Positions 1-15,000 of a stretch of DNA of 64,000 bases are shown here, piece after piece; positions within the stretch are counted from its first letter, which is position 1, and the number at the start of each line of letters is the position of its first letter. The DNA comes from Eledone cirrhosa (Eukaryota), in assembly GCA_964016885.1 (NCBI GenBank), contig CAXHJY010000264.1:558001-622000 (forward strand). Direction: 5' to 3'. Below the pieces are notes generated by a model that saw nothing but the letters and a program-made list of their open reading frames with translations, was not told the origin of the DNA and ran no database searches. A program made the position numbers and the translations under genes.

Positions 1-3000
1 ACATCACATGTTTATACCAACACAGTCTCCTCTCCTACACACTACATCTGATTCCTCTTATACCTAGTTTCTCTCCCAGTTCATCCATACACATCACATG
101 TCTATACCAACAGTCTCCTCTCCTACACACTACATCTGATACCTCTTATACCTAGTTTCTCTCTCCATCCATACACATCACATGTCTATACCAACGCAGT
201 CTCCTCTCCTACACACTACATCTGATTCCTCTTATACCTAGTTTCTCTCTCAGTTCATCCATACACATCACATGTCTATACCAACATAGTCTCCTCTCCT
301 ACACACTACATCTGATTCCTCTTATACCTAGTTTCTCTCTCAGTTCATCCATACACATCACATGTCTATACCAACACAGTCTCCTCTCCTACATCTGATT
401 CCTCTTATACCTAGTTTCTCTCTCAGTCCATCCATACACATCACATGTCTATACCAGCAGTCTCCTCTCCTACACACTACATGTGATTCCTCTTATACCT
501 AGTTTCTCTCTCCATCCATACACATCACATGTCATCTCCTACACACTACATCTGATTCCTCTTATACCTAGTTTCTCACTCAGTCCATCCATTCACATCA
601 CATGTCTATACCAACACAGTCTCCTCTCCTACCCACTACATCTGATTCCTCTTATACCTAATCTCTCTCTTAGTTCAACCATTCACATCACATGTCTATA
701 CCAACACAGTCTCCTCTCCTACATCTGATTCCTCTTATACCTAGTTTCTCTCTCAGTTCATCCATACACATCACATGTCTATACCAACACAGTCTCCTCT
801 CCTACACACTACACCTGATTTCTCTTATACTTCGTTTCTTTCCCAGTCCATCCATACACATCACATGTCTATACCAATACAGTCTCCTCTCCTACCCACT
901 ACATCTGATTCCTCTTATACCTAGTTTCTCTCTCGGTTCATCCATACACGTCACATGTTTATACCAACACAGTCTCCTCCCCTACACACTACATCTGATT
1001 CCTCTTATACCTAGTTTCTCTCTCCATCCATACACATCACATGTCTATACCAACGCAGTCTCCTCTCCTACACACTACATCTGATTCCTCTTATTCCATA
1101 CACATCATATGTCTATACCAACACAGTCTCCTCTCCTACACACTGCATCTGATTCCTCTTATACTTAGTTTTCTCCCAGTTCATCCATACACATCACATG
1201 TCTATACCAACAGTCTCCTCTCCTACACACTACATCTGATTCCTCTTATACCTAGTTTCTCTCTACATCCATACACATCACATGTCTATACCAACACAGT
1301 CTCCTCTCCTACACACTACATCTGATTCCTCTTATACCTAGTTTCTCTCCCAGTTCATCCATACACATTACATGTCTATACCAACACAGTCTCCTCTCCT
1401 ACACAATACATCTGATTCCTCTTATACCTAGTTTCTCTCTCAGTTCATCCATACACATCACATGTCTATACCAACAGTCTCCTCTCCTACACACTACATC
1501 TGATTCCTCTTATACCTAGTTTCTCTCTCATTTCATCCATACACATCACATGTTTATACCAGCACAGTCTCCTCTCCTACACACTACATCTGATTCCTCT
1601 TATACCTAGTCTCTCTCTCAGTTCATCCATACACATCACATGTCTGTACCAACACAGTCTCCTCTCATACACACTACATTTGAATCCTCTTATACCTTGT
1701 TTCTCTCTTAGTTCAACCATACGCATCACATGTCTATACCAACAGTCTCCTCTCCTACACATTACATCTGATTCCTCTTATACCTAATCTCTCTCTTAGT
1801 TCAACCATTCACATCACATGTCTATACCAACACAGTCTCCTCTCCTACATCTGATTCCTCTTATACCTAGTTTCTCTCTCAGTTCATCCATACACATCAC
1901 ATGTCTATACCAACACAGTCTCCTCTCCTACACACTACACCTGATTTCTCTTATACTTCGTTTCTTTCCCAGTTCATCCATACACATCACATGTCCATAC
2001 AAACACAGTCTCCTCTCCTACACACTACATCTGATTCCTCTTATACCTAGTTTCTCTCTCAGTCCATCCATAGACATCACATGTCTATACAAACACAGTC
2101 TCCTCTCCTACACACTACATCTGATTCCCCTTATACCTAGTTTCTCTCTCCATCCATACACATCACATGTCTATACCAACGCAGTCTCCTCTCCTACACA
2201 CTACATCTGATTCCTCTTATACCTAGTTTCTCTCTCAGTTCATCCATACACATCACATGTCTATACCAACACAGTCTCCTCTCCTACATTTGATTCCTCT
2301 TATACCTACTTTCTCTCTCAGTCCATCCATACACATCACATATCTATACCAGCAGTCTCCTCTCCTACACACTACAAGTGATTCCTCTTATACGTAGTTT
2401 CTCTCTCCATCCATACACATCACATGTCTATACCAACACAGTCTCCTCTCCTACACACTACATCTGATACCTCTTATTCCATACACATCACATGTCTATA
2501 CCAACACAGTCTCCTCTCCTACACACTGCATCTGATTCCTCTTATAGTTAGTTTTCTCCCAGTTCATCCATACACATCACATGTCTATACCAACAGTCTC
2601 CTCTCCTACACACTACATCTGATTCCTCTTATACCTAGTTTCTCTCCCAGTTCATCCATACACATTACATGTCTATACCAACACAGTCTCCTCTCCTACA
2701 CACTACATCTGATTCCTCTTATACCTAGTTTCTCTCCCAGTTCATCCATACACATCACATGTCTATACCAATACAGTCTCCTCTCCTACACACTACATCT
2801 GATTCCTCTTATACCTAGTCTCTCTCTCAGTTCATCCATACACATCACATGTCTATAGCAACACAGTCTTCTCTCCTACACACTACATATGATTCCTCTT
2901 ATACCTAGTTTCTCTCTCCATCCATACACATCACATGTCTATACCAGCACAGTCTCCTCTCCTACACACTACATCTGATTCCTCTGATACCTAGTTTCTC

Positions 3001-6000
3001 TCTCCATCCATACACATCACATGTCTATACCAACAGTCTCCTCTCCTACACACTACATCTGATTCCTCTTATACCTAGTTTCTCTCTCCATCCATACACA
3101 TCACATGTCTATACCAACAGTCTCCTCTCCTACAGACTACATCTGATTCCTCTTATACTTAGTTTTTCTCCCAGTTCATCCATACACATCACATGTCTAT
3201 ACCAACAGTCTCCTCTCCTACACACTACATCTGATACCTCTTATACCTAGTTTCTCTCTCCATCCATACACATCACATGTCTATACCAACGCAGTCTCCT
3301 CTCCTACACACTACATCTGATTCCTCTTATACCTAGTCTCTCTCTCAGTTCATCCATACACATCACATGTCTATACCAACATAGTCTCCTCTCCTACACA
3401 CTACATCTGATTCCTCTTATACCTAGTTTCTCTCTCAGTTCATCCATACACATCACATGTCTATACCAGTACAGTCTCCTCTCCTACATCTGATTCCTCT
3501 TATACCTAGTTTCTCTCTCAGTCCATCCATACACATCACATGTCTATACCAGCAGTCTCCTCTCCTACACACTACATCTGATTCCTCTTATACCTAGTTT
3601 CTCTCTCCATCCATACACATCACATGTCATCTCCTACACACATCTGATTCCTCTTATGCCTAGTTTCTCTCTCAGTTCATCCATACACATCACATGTCTA
3701 TACCAATACAGTCTCCTCTCCTACACACTACATCTGATTCCTCTTATACCTAGTTTCTCTCTCAGTCCATCCATACACATCACATGTCTATACCAACACA
3801 GTCTCCTCTCCTACATCTGATTCCTCTTATACCTAGTTTCTCTCTCAGTCCATCCATACACATCACATGTCTATACCAGCAGTCTCCTCTCCTACACACT
3901 ACATGTGATTCCTCTTATACCTAGTTTCTCTCTCCATCCATACACATCACATGTCATCTCCTACACACTACATCTGATTCCTCTTATACCTAGTTTCTCT
4001 CTCAGTTCATCCATACACATCACATGTCTATACCAATACAGTCTCCTCTCCTACACACTACATCTGATTCCTCTTATACCTAGTTTCTCTCTCAGTCCAT
4101 CCATACACATCACATGTCTATACCAATACAGTCTCCTCTCCTACCCACTACATCTGATTCCTCTTATACCTAGTTTCTCTCTCGGTTCATCCATACACAT
4201 CACATGTTTATACCAACACAGTCTCCTCTCCTACACACTACATCTGATTCCTCTTATACCTAGTTTCTCTCCCAGTTCATCCATACACATCACATGTCTA
4301 TACCAACAGTCTCCTCTCCTACACACTACATCTGATACCTCTTATACCTAGTTTCTCTCTCCATCCATACACATCACATGTCTATACCAACGCAGTCTCC
4401 TCTCCTACACACTACATCTGATTCCTCTTATACCTAGTTTCTCTCTCAGTTCATCCATACACATCACATGTCTATACCAATACAGTCTCCTCTCCTACAC
4501 ACTACATCTGATTCCTCTTATACCTAGTCTCTCTCTCAGTTCATCCATACACATCACATGTCTATACCAACATAGTCTCCTCTCCTACACACTACATCTG
4601 ATTCCTCTTATACCTAGTTTCTCTCTCAGTTCATCCATACACATCACATGTCTATACCAACACAGTCTCCTCTCCTACATCTGATTCCTCTTATACCTAG
4701 TTTCTCTCTCAGTCCATCCATACACATCACATGTCTATACCAGCAGTCTCCTCTCCTACACACTACATGTGATTCCTCTTATACCTAGTTTCTCTCTCCA
4801 TCCATACACATCACATGTCATCTCCTACACACTACATCTGATTCCTCTTATACCTAGTTTCTCACTCAGTCCATCCATACACATCACATGTCTATACCAA
4901 TACAGTCTCCTCTCCTACCCACTACATCTGATTCCTCTTATACCTAATCTCTCTCTTAGTTCAACCATTCACATCACATGTCTATACCAACACAGTCTCC
5001 TCTCCTACATCTGATTCCTCTTATACCTAGTTTCTCTCTCAGTTTATCCATACACATCACATGTCTATACCAACACAGTCTCCTCTCCTACACACTACAC
5101 CTGATTTCTCTTATACTTCGTTTCTTTCCCAGTCCATCCATACACATCACATGTCTATACCAATACAGTCTCCTCTCCTACCCACTACATCTGATTCCTC
5201 TTATACCTAGTTTCTCTCTCGGTTCATCCATACACGTCACATGTTTATACCAACACAGTCTCCTCCCCTACACACTACATCTGATTCCTCTTATACCTAG
5301 TTTCTCTCTCCATCCATACACATCACATGTCTATACCAACGCAGTCTCCTCTCCTACACACTACATCTGATTCCTCTTATACCTAGTTTCTCTCTCCATC
5401 CATACACATCACATGTCTATACCAACGCAGTCTCCTCTCCTACACACTACATCTGATTCCTCTTATACCTAGTTTCTCTCTCAGTTCATCCATACACATC
5501 ACATGTCTATACCAACACAGTCTCCTCTCCTACATTTGATTCCTCTTATACCTACTTTCTCTCTCAGTCCATCCATACACATCACATATCTATACCAGCA
5601 GTCTCCTCTCCTACACACTACAAGTGATTCCCCTTATACGTAGTTTCTCTCTCCATCCATACACATCACATGTCTATACCAACACGGTCTCCTCTCCTAC
5701 ACACTACATCTGATTCCTCTTATTCCATACACATCACATGTCTATACCAACACAGTCTCCTCTCCTACACACTGCATCTGATTCCTCTTATACTTAGTTT
5801 TCTCCCAGTTCATCCATACACATCACATGTCTATACCAACAGTCTCCTCTCCTACACACTACATCTGATTCCTCTTATACCTAGTTTCTCTCCCAGTTCA
5901 TCCATACACATTACATGTCTATACCAACACAGTCTCCTCTCCTACACACTACATCTGATTCCTCTTATACCTAGTTTCTCTCCCAGTTCATCCATAAACA

Positions 6001-9000
6001 TCACATGTTTATACCAACAGTCTCCTCTCCTACACACTACATCTGATTCCTCTTATACCTAGTTTCTCTCTCAGTCCATCCATACACATCACAGGTCTAT
6101 ACCAACACAGTCTCCTCTCCTACACACTACATCTGATACCTCTTATACCTAGTTTCTCTCTCCATCCATACACATCACATGTCTATACCAACACAGTCTT
6201 CTCTCCTACACACTACATATGATTCCTCTTATACGTAGTTTCTCTCTCCATCCATACACATCACATGTCTATACCAACAGTCTCCTCTCCTACACACTAC
6301 ATCTGATTCCTCTTATACCTAGTTTCTCTCTCAGTCCATCCATACACATCACATGTCTATACCAATACAGTCTCCTCTCCTACACACTACATCTGATTTC
6401 TCTTATACCTAGTTTCTCTCCCAGTTCATCCATACACATCACATGTTTATACCAACACAGTCTCCTCTCCTACACACAACATCTGATTCCTCTTATACCT
6501 AGTCTCTCTCTCAGTTCATCCATACACATCACATGTCTGTACCAACACAGTCTCCTCCCCTACACACTACATCTGATTCCTCTTATACCTAGTTTCTCTC
6601 TCAGTTCATCCATACACATCACATGTCTATACCAACACAGTCTCCTCTCCTACACACTACACCTGATTTCTCTTATACTTCGTTTCTTTCCCAGTTCATC
6701 CATACACATCACATGTCTATACAAACACAGTCTCCTCTCCTACACACTACATCTGATTCCTTTTATACCTAGTTTCTCTCAGTTCATCCATACACATCAC
6801 ATGACTATACCAATAGTCTCCTCTCCTACACACTACATCTGATACCTCTTATACCTAGTTTCTATCTCCATCCATACACATCACATGTCTATACCAACAG
6901 TCTCCTCTCCTACATTTGATTCCTCTTATACCTAGTTTCTCTCTCAGTCCATCCATACACATCACATATCTATACCAGCAGTCTCCTCTCCTACACACTA
7001 CAAGTGATTCCTCTTATACGTAGTTTCTCGCTCTATCCATACACATCACATGTCTATACCAACACAGTCTCCTCTCCTACACACTACATCTGATTCCTCT
7101 TATACTTAATTTTCTCCCAGTTCATCCATACACATCACATGTCTATACCAACAGTCTCCTCTCCCACACACTACATCTGATTCCTCTTATACCTAGTTTC
7201 TCTCTACATCAATACATATCACATGTCTATACCAACACAGTCTCCTCTCCTACACACTACATCTGATTCCTCTTATACCTAGTTTCTCTCCCAGTTCATC
7301 CATACACATCACATGTCTATACCAACACAGTCTCCTCTCCTACACACTACATCTGATTCCTCTTATACCTAGTTTCTCTCTCAGCTCATCCATAAACATC
7401 ACATGTCTATACCAATACAGTCTCTTCTCCTACACACTAGATCTGATTTCTCTTATACCTAGTCTCTCTCTCAGTTCATCCATACACATCACATGTCTAT
7501 ACCAACACAGTCTTCTCTCCTACACACTACATCTGATTCCTCTTATACCTAGTTTCTCTCTCCATCCATACACATCACATGTCTATACAAACACAGTCTC
7601 CTCTCCTACACACTACATCTGATTCCTTTTATACCTAGTTTCTCTCAGTTCATCCATACACATCACATGACTATACCAACAGTCTCCTCTCATACACACT
7701 ACATCTGATTCCTCTTATACCTAGTTTCTCTCCCAGTTCATCCATACACATCACATGTCTATACCAACACTGTGTCCTCTCCTACACACTACATCTGATT
7801 CCTCTTATACCTAGTTTCTCTCTCTCTCCATCCATACACATCACATGTCTATAGCAACAGTCTTCTCTCCTACACACTACATCTGATTCCTCTTATACCT
7901 AGTTTCTCTCTCAGTTCATCCATACACATCACATGTCTATACCAACATAGTCTCTTCTCCTACTAACTACATCTGATTCCTCTTATACCTAGTTTCTCTC
8001 TCAGTTCATCCATACACATCATATGTCTATACCAACACAGTCTCCTCTCCTACACACTACATCTGATTCCTCTTATACCTAGTTTCTCTCTCCATCCATA
8101 CACATCACATGTCTATACCAACACAGTCTCCTCTCCTACACACTACATCTGATTCCTCTTATACCTAGTTTCTCTCTCAGTCCATCCATACACATCACAT
8201 GTCTATACCAACACAGTCTCCTCTCCTACACATTACATCTGATTCCTCTTATACATAGTTTCTCTCTTAGTTCATTCATACACATCACATGTCTATACCA
8301 ACACAGTCTCCTCTCCTACATCTGATTCCTCTTATACCTAGTTTCTCTCTCAGTTCATTCATACACATCACATATCTATACCAACACAGTCTCCTCTCCT
8401 ACACACTACATCTGATTCCTCTTATACCTAGTTTCTCTCCCAGTTCATCCATACACATCACATGTCTATACCAACACTGTGTCCTCTCCTACACACTACA
8501 TCTGATTCCTCTTATACCTAGTCTCTCTCTCAGTTCATCCATACACATTACATGTCTATACCAACACAGTCTTCTATCCTACACACTACATCTGATTCCT
8601 CTTATACCTAGTTTCTCTCTCCATCCATACACATCACATGTCTATACCAACATAGTCTCCTCTCATACACACTACATCTGATTCCTCTTATACCTAGTTT
8701 CTCTCTCAGTCCATCCATACACATCACATGTCTATACCAATACAGTCTCCTCTCCTACCCACTACATCTGATTCCTCTTATACCTAGTTTCTCTCGGTTC
8801 ATCCATACACATCACATGTTTATATCAACACAGTCTCCTCTCCTACACACTACATCTGATTCCTCTTATACCTAGTTTCTCTCTCAGTCCATCCATACAC
8901 ATCACATGTCTATACAAACACAGTCTCCTCTCCTACACACTACATCTGATTCCTCTTATACTTAGTTTTTCTCCCAGTTCATCCATACACATCACATGTC

Positions 9001-12000
9001 TATACCAACACAGTCTCCTCTCCTACACACTACATCTGATAACTCTTATACCTAGTTTCTCTCTCCATCCATACACATCACATGTCTATACCAACGCAGT
9101 CTCCTCTCCTACACACTACATCTGGTTCCTCTTATACCTAGTTTCTCTCTCAGTTCATCCATACACATCACATGTCTATACCAACACAGTCTCCTCTCCC
9201 ACATTTGATTCCTCTTATACCTAGTTTCTCTCTCAGTCCATCCATAGACATCACATATCTATACCAGCAGTCTCCTCTCCTACACACTACAAGTGATTCC
9301 TCTTATACGTAGTTTCTCTCTCCATCCATACACATCACATGTCTATACCAACACAGTCTCCTCTCCTACACACTACATCTGATTCCACTTATTCCATACA
9401 CATCACATGTCTATACCAACACAGTCTCCTCTCCTACACACTGCATCTGATTCCTCTTATACTTAGTTTTCTCCCAGTTCATCCATACACATCACATGTC
9501 TATACCAACAGATTCCTCTCCTACACACTACATCTGATTCCTCTTATACCTAGTTTCTCTCTACATCCATACACATCACATGTCTATACCAACACAGTCT
9601 CCTCTCCTACACACTACATCTGATTCCTCTTATACCTAGTCTCTCTCTCAGTTCATCCATACACATCACATGTCTATACCAACACAGTCTTCTCTCCTAC
9701 ACACTACGTATGATTCCTCATATACCTTGTTTCTCTCTCCATCCATACACATCACATGTCTATACCAGCACAGTCTCCTCTCCTACACACTACATCTGAT
9801 TCCTCTTATACCTAGTTTCTCTCTCCATCTATACACATCACATGTCTATACCAACAGTCTCCTCTCCTACACACTACATCTGATTCCTCTTATACCTAGT
9901 TTCTCTCTCCATACATACACATCACATGTCTATACCAACAGTTTCCTCTCCTACACACTACATCTGATTCCTCTTATACTTAGTTTTTCTCCCAGTTCAT
10001 CCATACACATCACATGTCTATACCAACAGTCTCCTCTCCTACACATTACATCTGATACCTCTTACACCTAGTTTCTCTCTCCATCCATACACATCACATG
10101 TCTATACCAACGCAGTCTCCTCTCCTACACACTACATCTGATTCCTCTTATACCTAGTTTCTCTCTCAGTTCATCCATACACATCACATGTCTATACCAA
10201 CACAGTCTCCTCTCCTACATCTGATTCCTCTTATACCTAGTTTCTCTCTCAGTCCATCCATACAAATCACATGTCTATACCAGCAGTCTCCTCTCCTACA
10301 CACTACATGTGATTCCTCTTATACCTAGTTTCTCTCTCCATCCATACACATCACATGTCTATACCAATACAGTCTCCTCTCCTACCCACTACATCTGATT
10401 CCTCTTATACCTAGTTTCTCTCTCAGTCCATCCATACACATCACATGTCTATACCAACACAGTCTCCTCTCCTACACACTACATCTGATTCCTCTTATAC
10501 CTAGTTTCTCTCTGTCCATCCATACACATCACATGTCTATACAAACACAGTCTCCTCTCCTACACACTACATCTGATTCCTCTTATACCTAGTTTCTCTC
10601 TCCATCCATACACATCACATGTCTATACCAACGCAGTCTCCTCTCCTACACACTACATCTGATTCCTCTTATACCTAGTTTCTCTCTCAGTCCATCCATA
10701 CACATCACATGTCTATACAAACACAGTCTCCTCTCCTACACACTACATCTGATTGCTTTTATACCTAGTTTCTCCCAGTTCATCCATACACATCACATGT
10801 CTATACCAACAGTCTCCTCTCCTACACACTACATCTGATACCTCTTATACCTAGTTTCTCTCTCCATCCATACACATCACATGTCTATACCAACACAGTC
10901 TCCTCTCCTACATCTGATTCCTCTTATACCTAGTTTCTCTCTCAGTTCATCCATACACATCATATGTCTATACCAACACAGTCTCCTCTCCTACACACTA
11001 CATCTGATTCCTCTTATACCTAGTTTCTCTCTCCATCCATACACATCACATGTCTATACCAACACAGTCTCCTCTCCTACACGCTACATCTGATTCCTCT
11101 TATACCTAGTTTCTCTCTCAGTCCATCCATACACATCACATGTCTATACCAACACAGTCTCCTCTCCTACACATTACATCTGATTCCTCTTATACATAGT
11201 TTCTCTCTTAGTTCATTCATACACATCACATGTCTATACCAACACAGTCTCCTCTCCTACATCTGATTCCTCTTATACCTAGTTTCTCTCTCAGTTCATT
11301 CATACACATCACATATCTATACCAACACAGTCTCCTCTCCTACACACTACATCTGATTTCTCTTATACCTAGTTTCTCTCTCCATCCATACACATCACAT
11401 GTCTATACCAACATAGTCTCCTCTCCTACACACTACATCTGATTCCTCTTATACCTAGTTTCTCTCTCAGTTCATCCATACACATCACATGTCTATACCA
11501 ACACGGTCTGCTCTCCTACACATTACATCTGATTCCTCTTATACCTAGTTTCTCTCCCAGTTCATCCATACACATCACATGTCTATACCAACACTGTGTC
11601 CTCTCCTACACACTACATCTGATTCCTCTTATACCTAGTCTCTCTCTCAGTTCATCCATACACATTACATGTCTATACCAACACAGTCTTCTATCCTACA
11701 CACTACATCTGATTCCTCTTATACCTAGTTTCTCTCTCCATCCATACACATCACATGTCTATACCAACATAGTCTCCTCTCCTACACACTACATCTGATT
11801 CCTCTTATACCTAGTTTCTCTCTCAGTCCATCCATACACATCACATGTCTATACCAACAGTCTCCTCTCCTACACACTACATCTGATTCCTCTTATACCT
11901 AGTTTCTCTCTCAGTCCATCCATACACATCACATGTCTATACCAATACAGTCTCCTCTCCTACCCAATACATCTGATTCCTCTTATACCTAGTTTCTCTC

Positions 12001-15000
12001 GGTTCATCCATACACATCACATGTTTATACCAACACAGTCTCCTCTCCTACACACTACATCTGATTCCTCTTATACCTAGTTTCTTTCTCAGTCCATCCA
12101 TACACATCACATGTCTATACAAACACAGTCTCCTCTCCTACACACTACATCTGATTCCTCTTATACTTAGTTTTTCTCCCAGTTCATCCATACACATCAC
12201 ATGTCTATACCAACACAGTCTCCTCTCCTACACACTACATCTGATACCTCTTATACCTAGTTTCTCTCTCCATCCATACACATCACATGTCTATACCAAC
12301 GCAGTCTCCTCTCCTACACACTACATCTGATTCCTCTTATACCTAGTCTCTCTCCCAGTTCATCCATACACATCACATGTCTATACCAACACAGTCTTCT
12401 CTCCTACACACTACATATGATTCCTCTTATACCTAGTTTCTCTCTCCATCCATCCATACACATCACATGTCTATAGCAACAGTCTTCTCTCCTACACACT
12501 ACATCTGATTCCTCTTATACCTAGTTTCTCTCTCAGTTCATCCATACACATCACATGTCTATACCAACATAGTCTCTTCTCCTACTAACTACATCTGATT
12601 CCTCTTATACCTAGTTTCTCTCTCAGTTCATCCATACACATCATATGTCTATACCAACACAGTCTCCTCTCCTACACACTACATCTGATTCCTCTTATAC
12701 CTAGTTTCTCTCTCCATCCATACACATCACATGTCTATACCAACACAGTCTCCTCTCCTACACACTACATCTGATTCCTCTTATACCTAGTTTCTCTCTC
12801 AGTCCATCCATACACATCACATGTCTATACCAACACAGTCTCCTCTCCTACACATTACATCTGATTCCTCTTATACATAGTTTCTCTCTTAGTTCATTCA
12901 TACACATCACATGTCTATACCAACACAGTCTCCTCTCCTACATCTGATTCCTCTTATACCTAGTTTCTCTCTCAGTTCATTCATACACATCACATATCTA
13001 TACCAACACAGTCTCCTCTCCTACACACTACATCTGATTCCTCTTATACCTAGTTTCTCTCCCAGTTCATCCATACACATCACATGTCTATACCAACACT
13101 GTGTCCTCTCCTACACACTACATCTGATTCCTCTTATACCTAGTCTCTCTCTCAGTTCATCCATACACATTACATGTCTATACCAACACAGTCTTCTATC
13201 CTACACACTACATCTGATTCCTCTTATACCTAGTTTCTCTCTCCATCCATACACATCACATGTCTATACCAACATAGTCTCCTCTCATACACACTACATC
13301 TGATTCCTCTTATACCTAGTTTCTCTCTCAGTCCATCCATACACATCACATGTCTATACCAATACAGTCTCCTCTCCTACCCACTACATCTGATTCCTCT
13401 TATACCTAGTTTCTCTCGGTTCATCCATACACATCACATGTTTATATCAACACAGTCTCCTCTCCTACACACTACATCTGATTCCTCTTATACCTAGTTT
13501 CTCTCTCAGTCCATCCATACACATCACATGTCTATACAAACACAGTCTCCTCTCCTACACACTACATCTGATTCCTCTTATACTTAGTTTTTCTCCCAGT
13601 TCATCCATACACATCACATGTCTATACCAACACAGTCTCCTCTCCTACACACTAAATCTGATAACTCTTATACCTAGTTTCTCTCTCCATCCATACACAT
13701 CACATGTCTATACCAACGCAGTCTCCTCTCCTACACACTACATCTGGTTCCTCTTATACCTAGTTTCTCTCTCAGTTCATCCATACACATCACATGTCTA
13801 TACCAACACAGTCTCCTCTCCCACATTTGATTCCTCTTATACCTAGTTTCTCTCTCAGTCCATCCATAGACATCACATATCTATACCAGCAGTCTCCTCT
13901 CCTACACACTACAAGTGATTCCTCTTATACGTAGTTTCTCTCTCCATCCATACACATCACATGTCTATACCAACACAGTCTCCTCTCCTACACACTACAT
14001 CTGATTCCACTTATTCCATACACATCACATGTCTATACCAACACAGTCTCCTCTCCTACACACTGCATCTGATTCCTCTTATACTTAGTTTTCTCCCAGT
14101 TCATCCATACACATCACATGTCTATACCAACAGATTCCTCTCCTACACACTACATCTGATTCCTCTTATACCTAGTTTCTCTCTACATCCATACACATCA
14201 CATGTCTATACAAACACAGTCTCCTCTCCTACACACTACATCTGATTCCTCTTATACCTAGTCTCTCTCTCAGTTCATCCATACACATCACATGTCTATA
14301 CCAACACAGTCTTCTCTCCTACACACTACGTATGATTCCTCATATACCTTGTTTCTCTCTCCATCCATACACATCACATGTCTATACCAGCACAGTCTCC
14401 TCTCCTACACACTACATCTGATTCCTCTTATACCTAGTTTCTCTCTCCATCTATACACATCACATGTCTATACCAACAGTCTCCTCTCCTACACACTACA
14501 TCTGATTCCTCTTATACCTAGTTTCTCTCTCCATACATACACATCACATGTCTATACCAACAGTCTCCTCTCCTACACACTACATCTGATTCCTCTTATA
14601 CTTAGTTTTTCTCCCAGTTCATCCATACACATCACATGTCTATACCAACAGTCTCCTCTCCTACACATTACATCTGATACCTCTTACACCTAGTTTCTCT
14701 CTCCATCCATACACATCACATGTCTATACCAACGCAGTCTCCTCTCCTACACACTACATCTGATTCCTCTTATACCTAGTTTCTCTCTCAGTTCATCCAT
14801 ACACATCACATGTCTATACCAACACAGTCTCCTCTCCTACATCTGATTCCTCTTATACCTAGTTTCTCTCTCAGTCCATCCATACAAATCACATGTCTAT
14901 ACCAGCAGTCTCCTCTCCTACACACTACATGTGATTCCTCTTATACCTAGTTTCTCTCTCCATCCATACACATCACATGTCTATACCAATACAGTCTCCT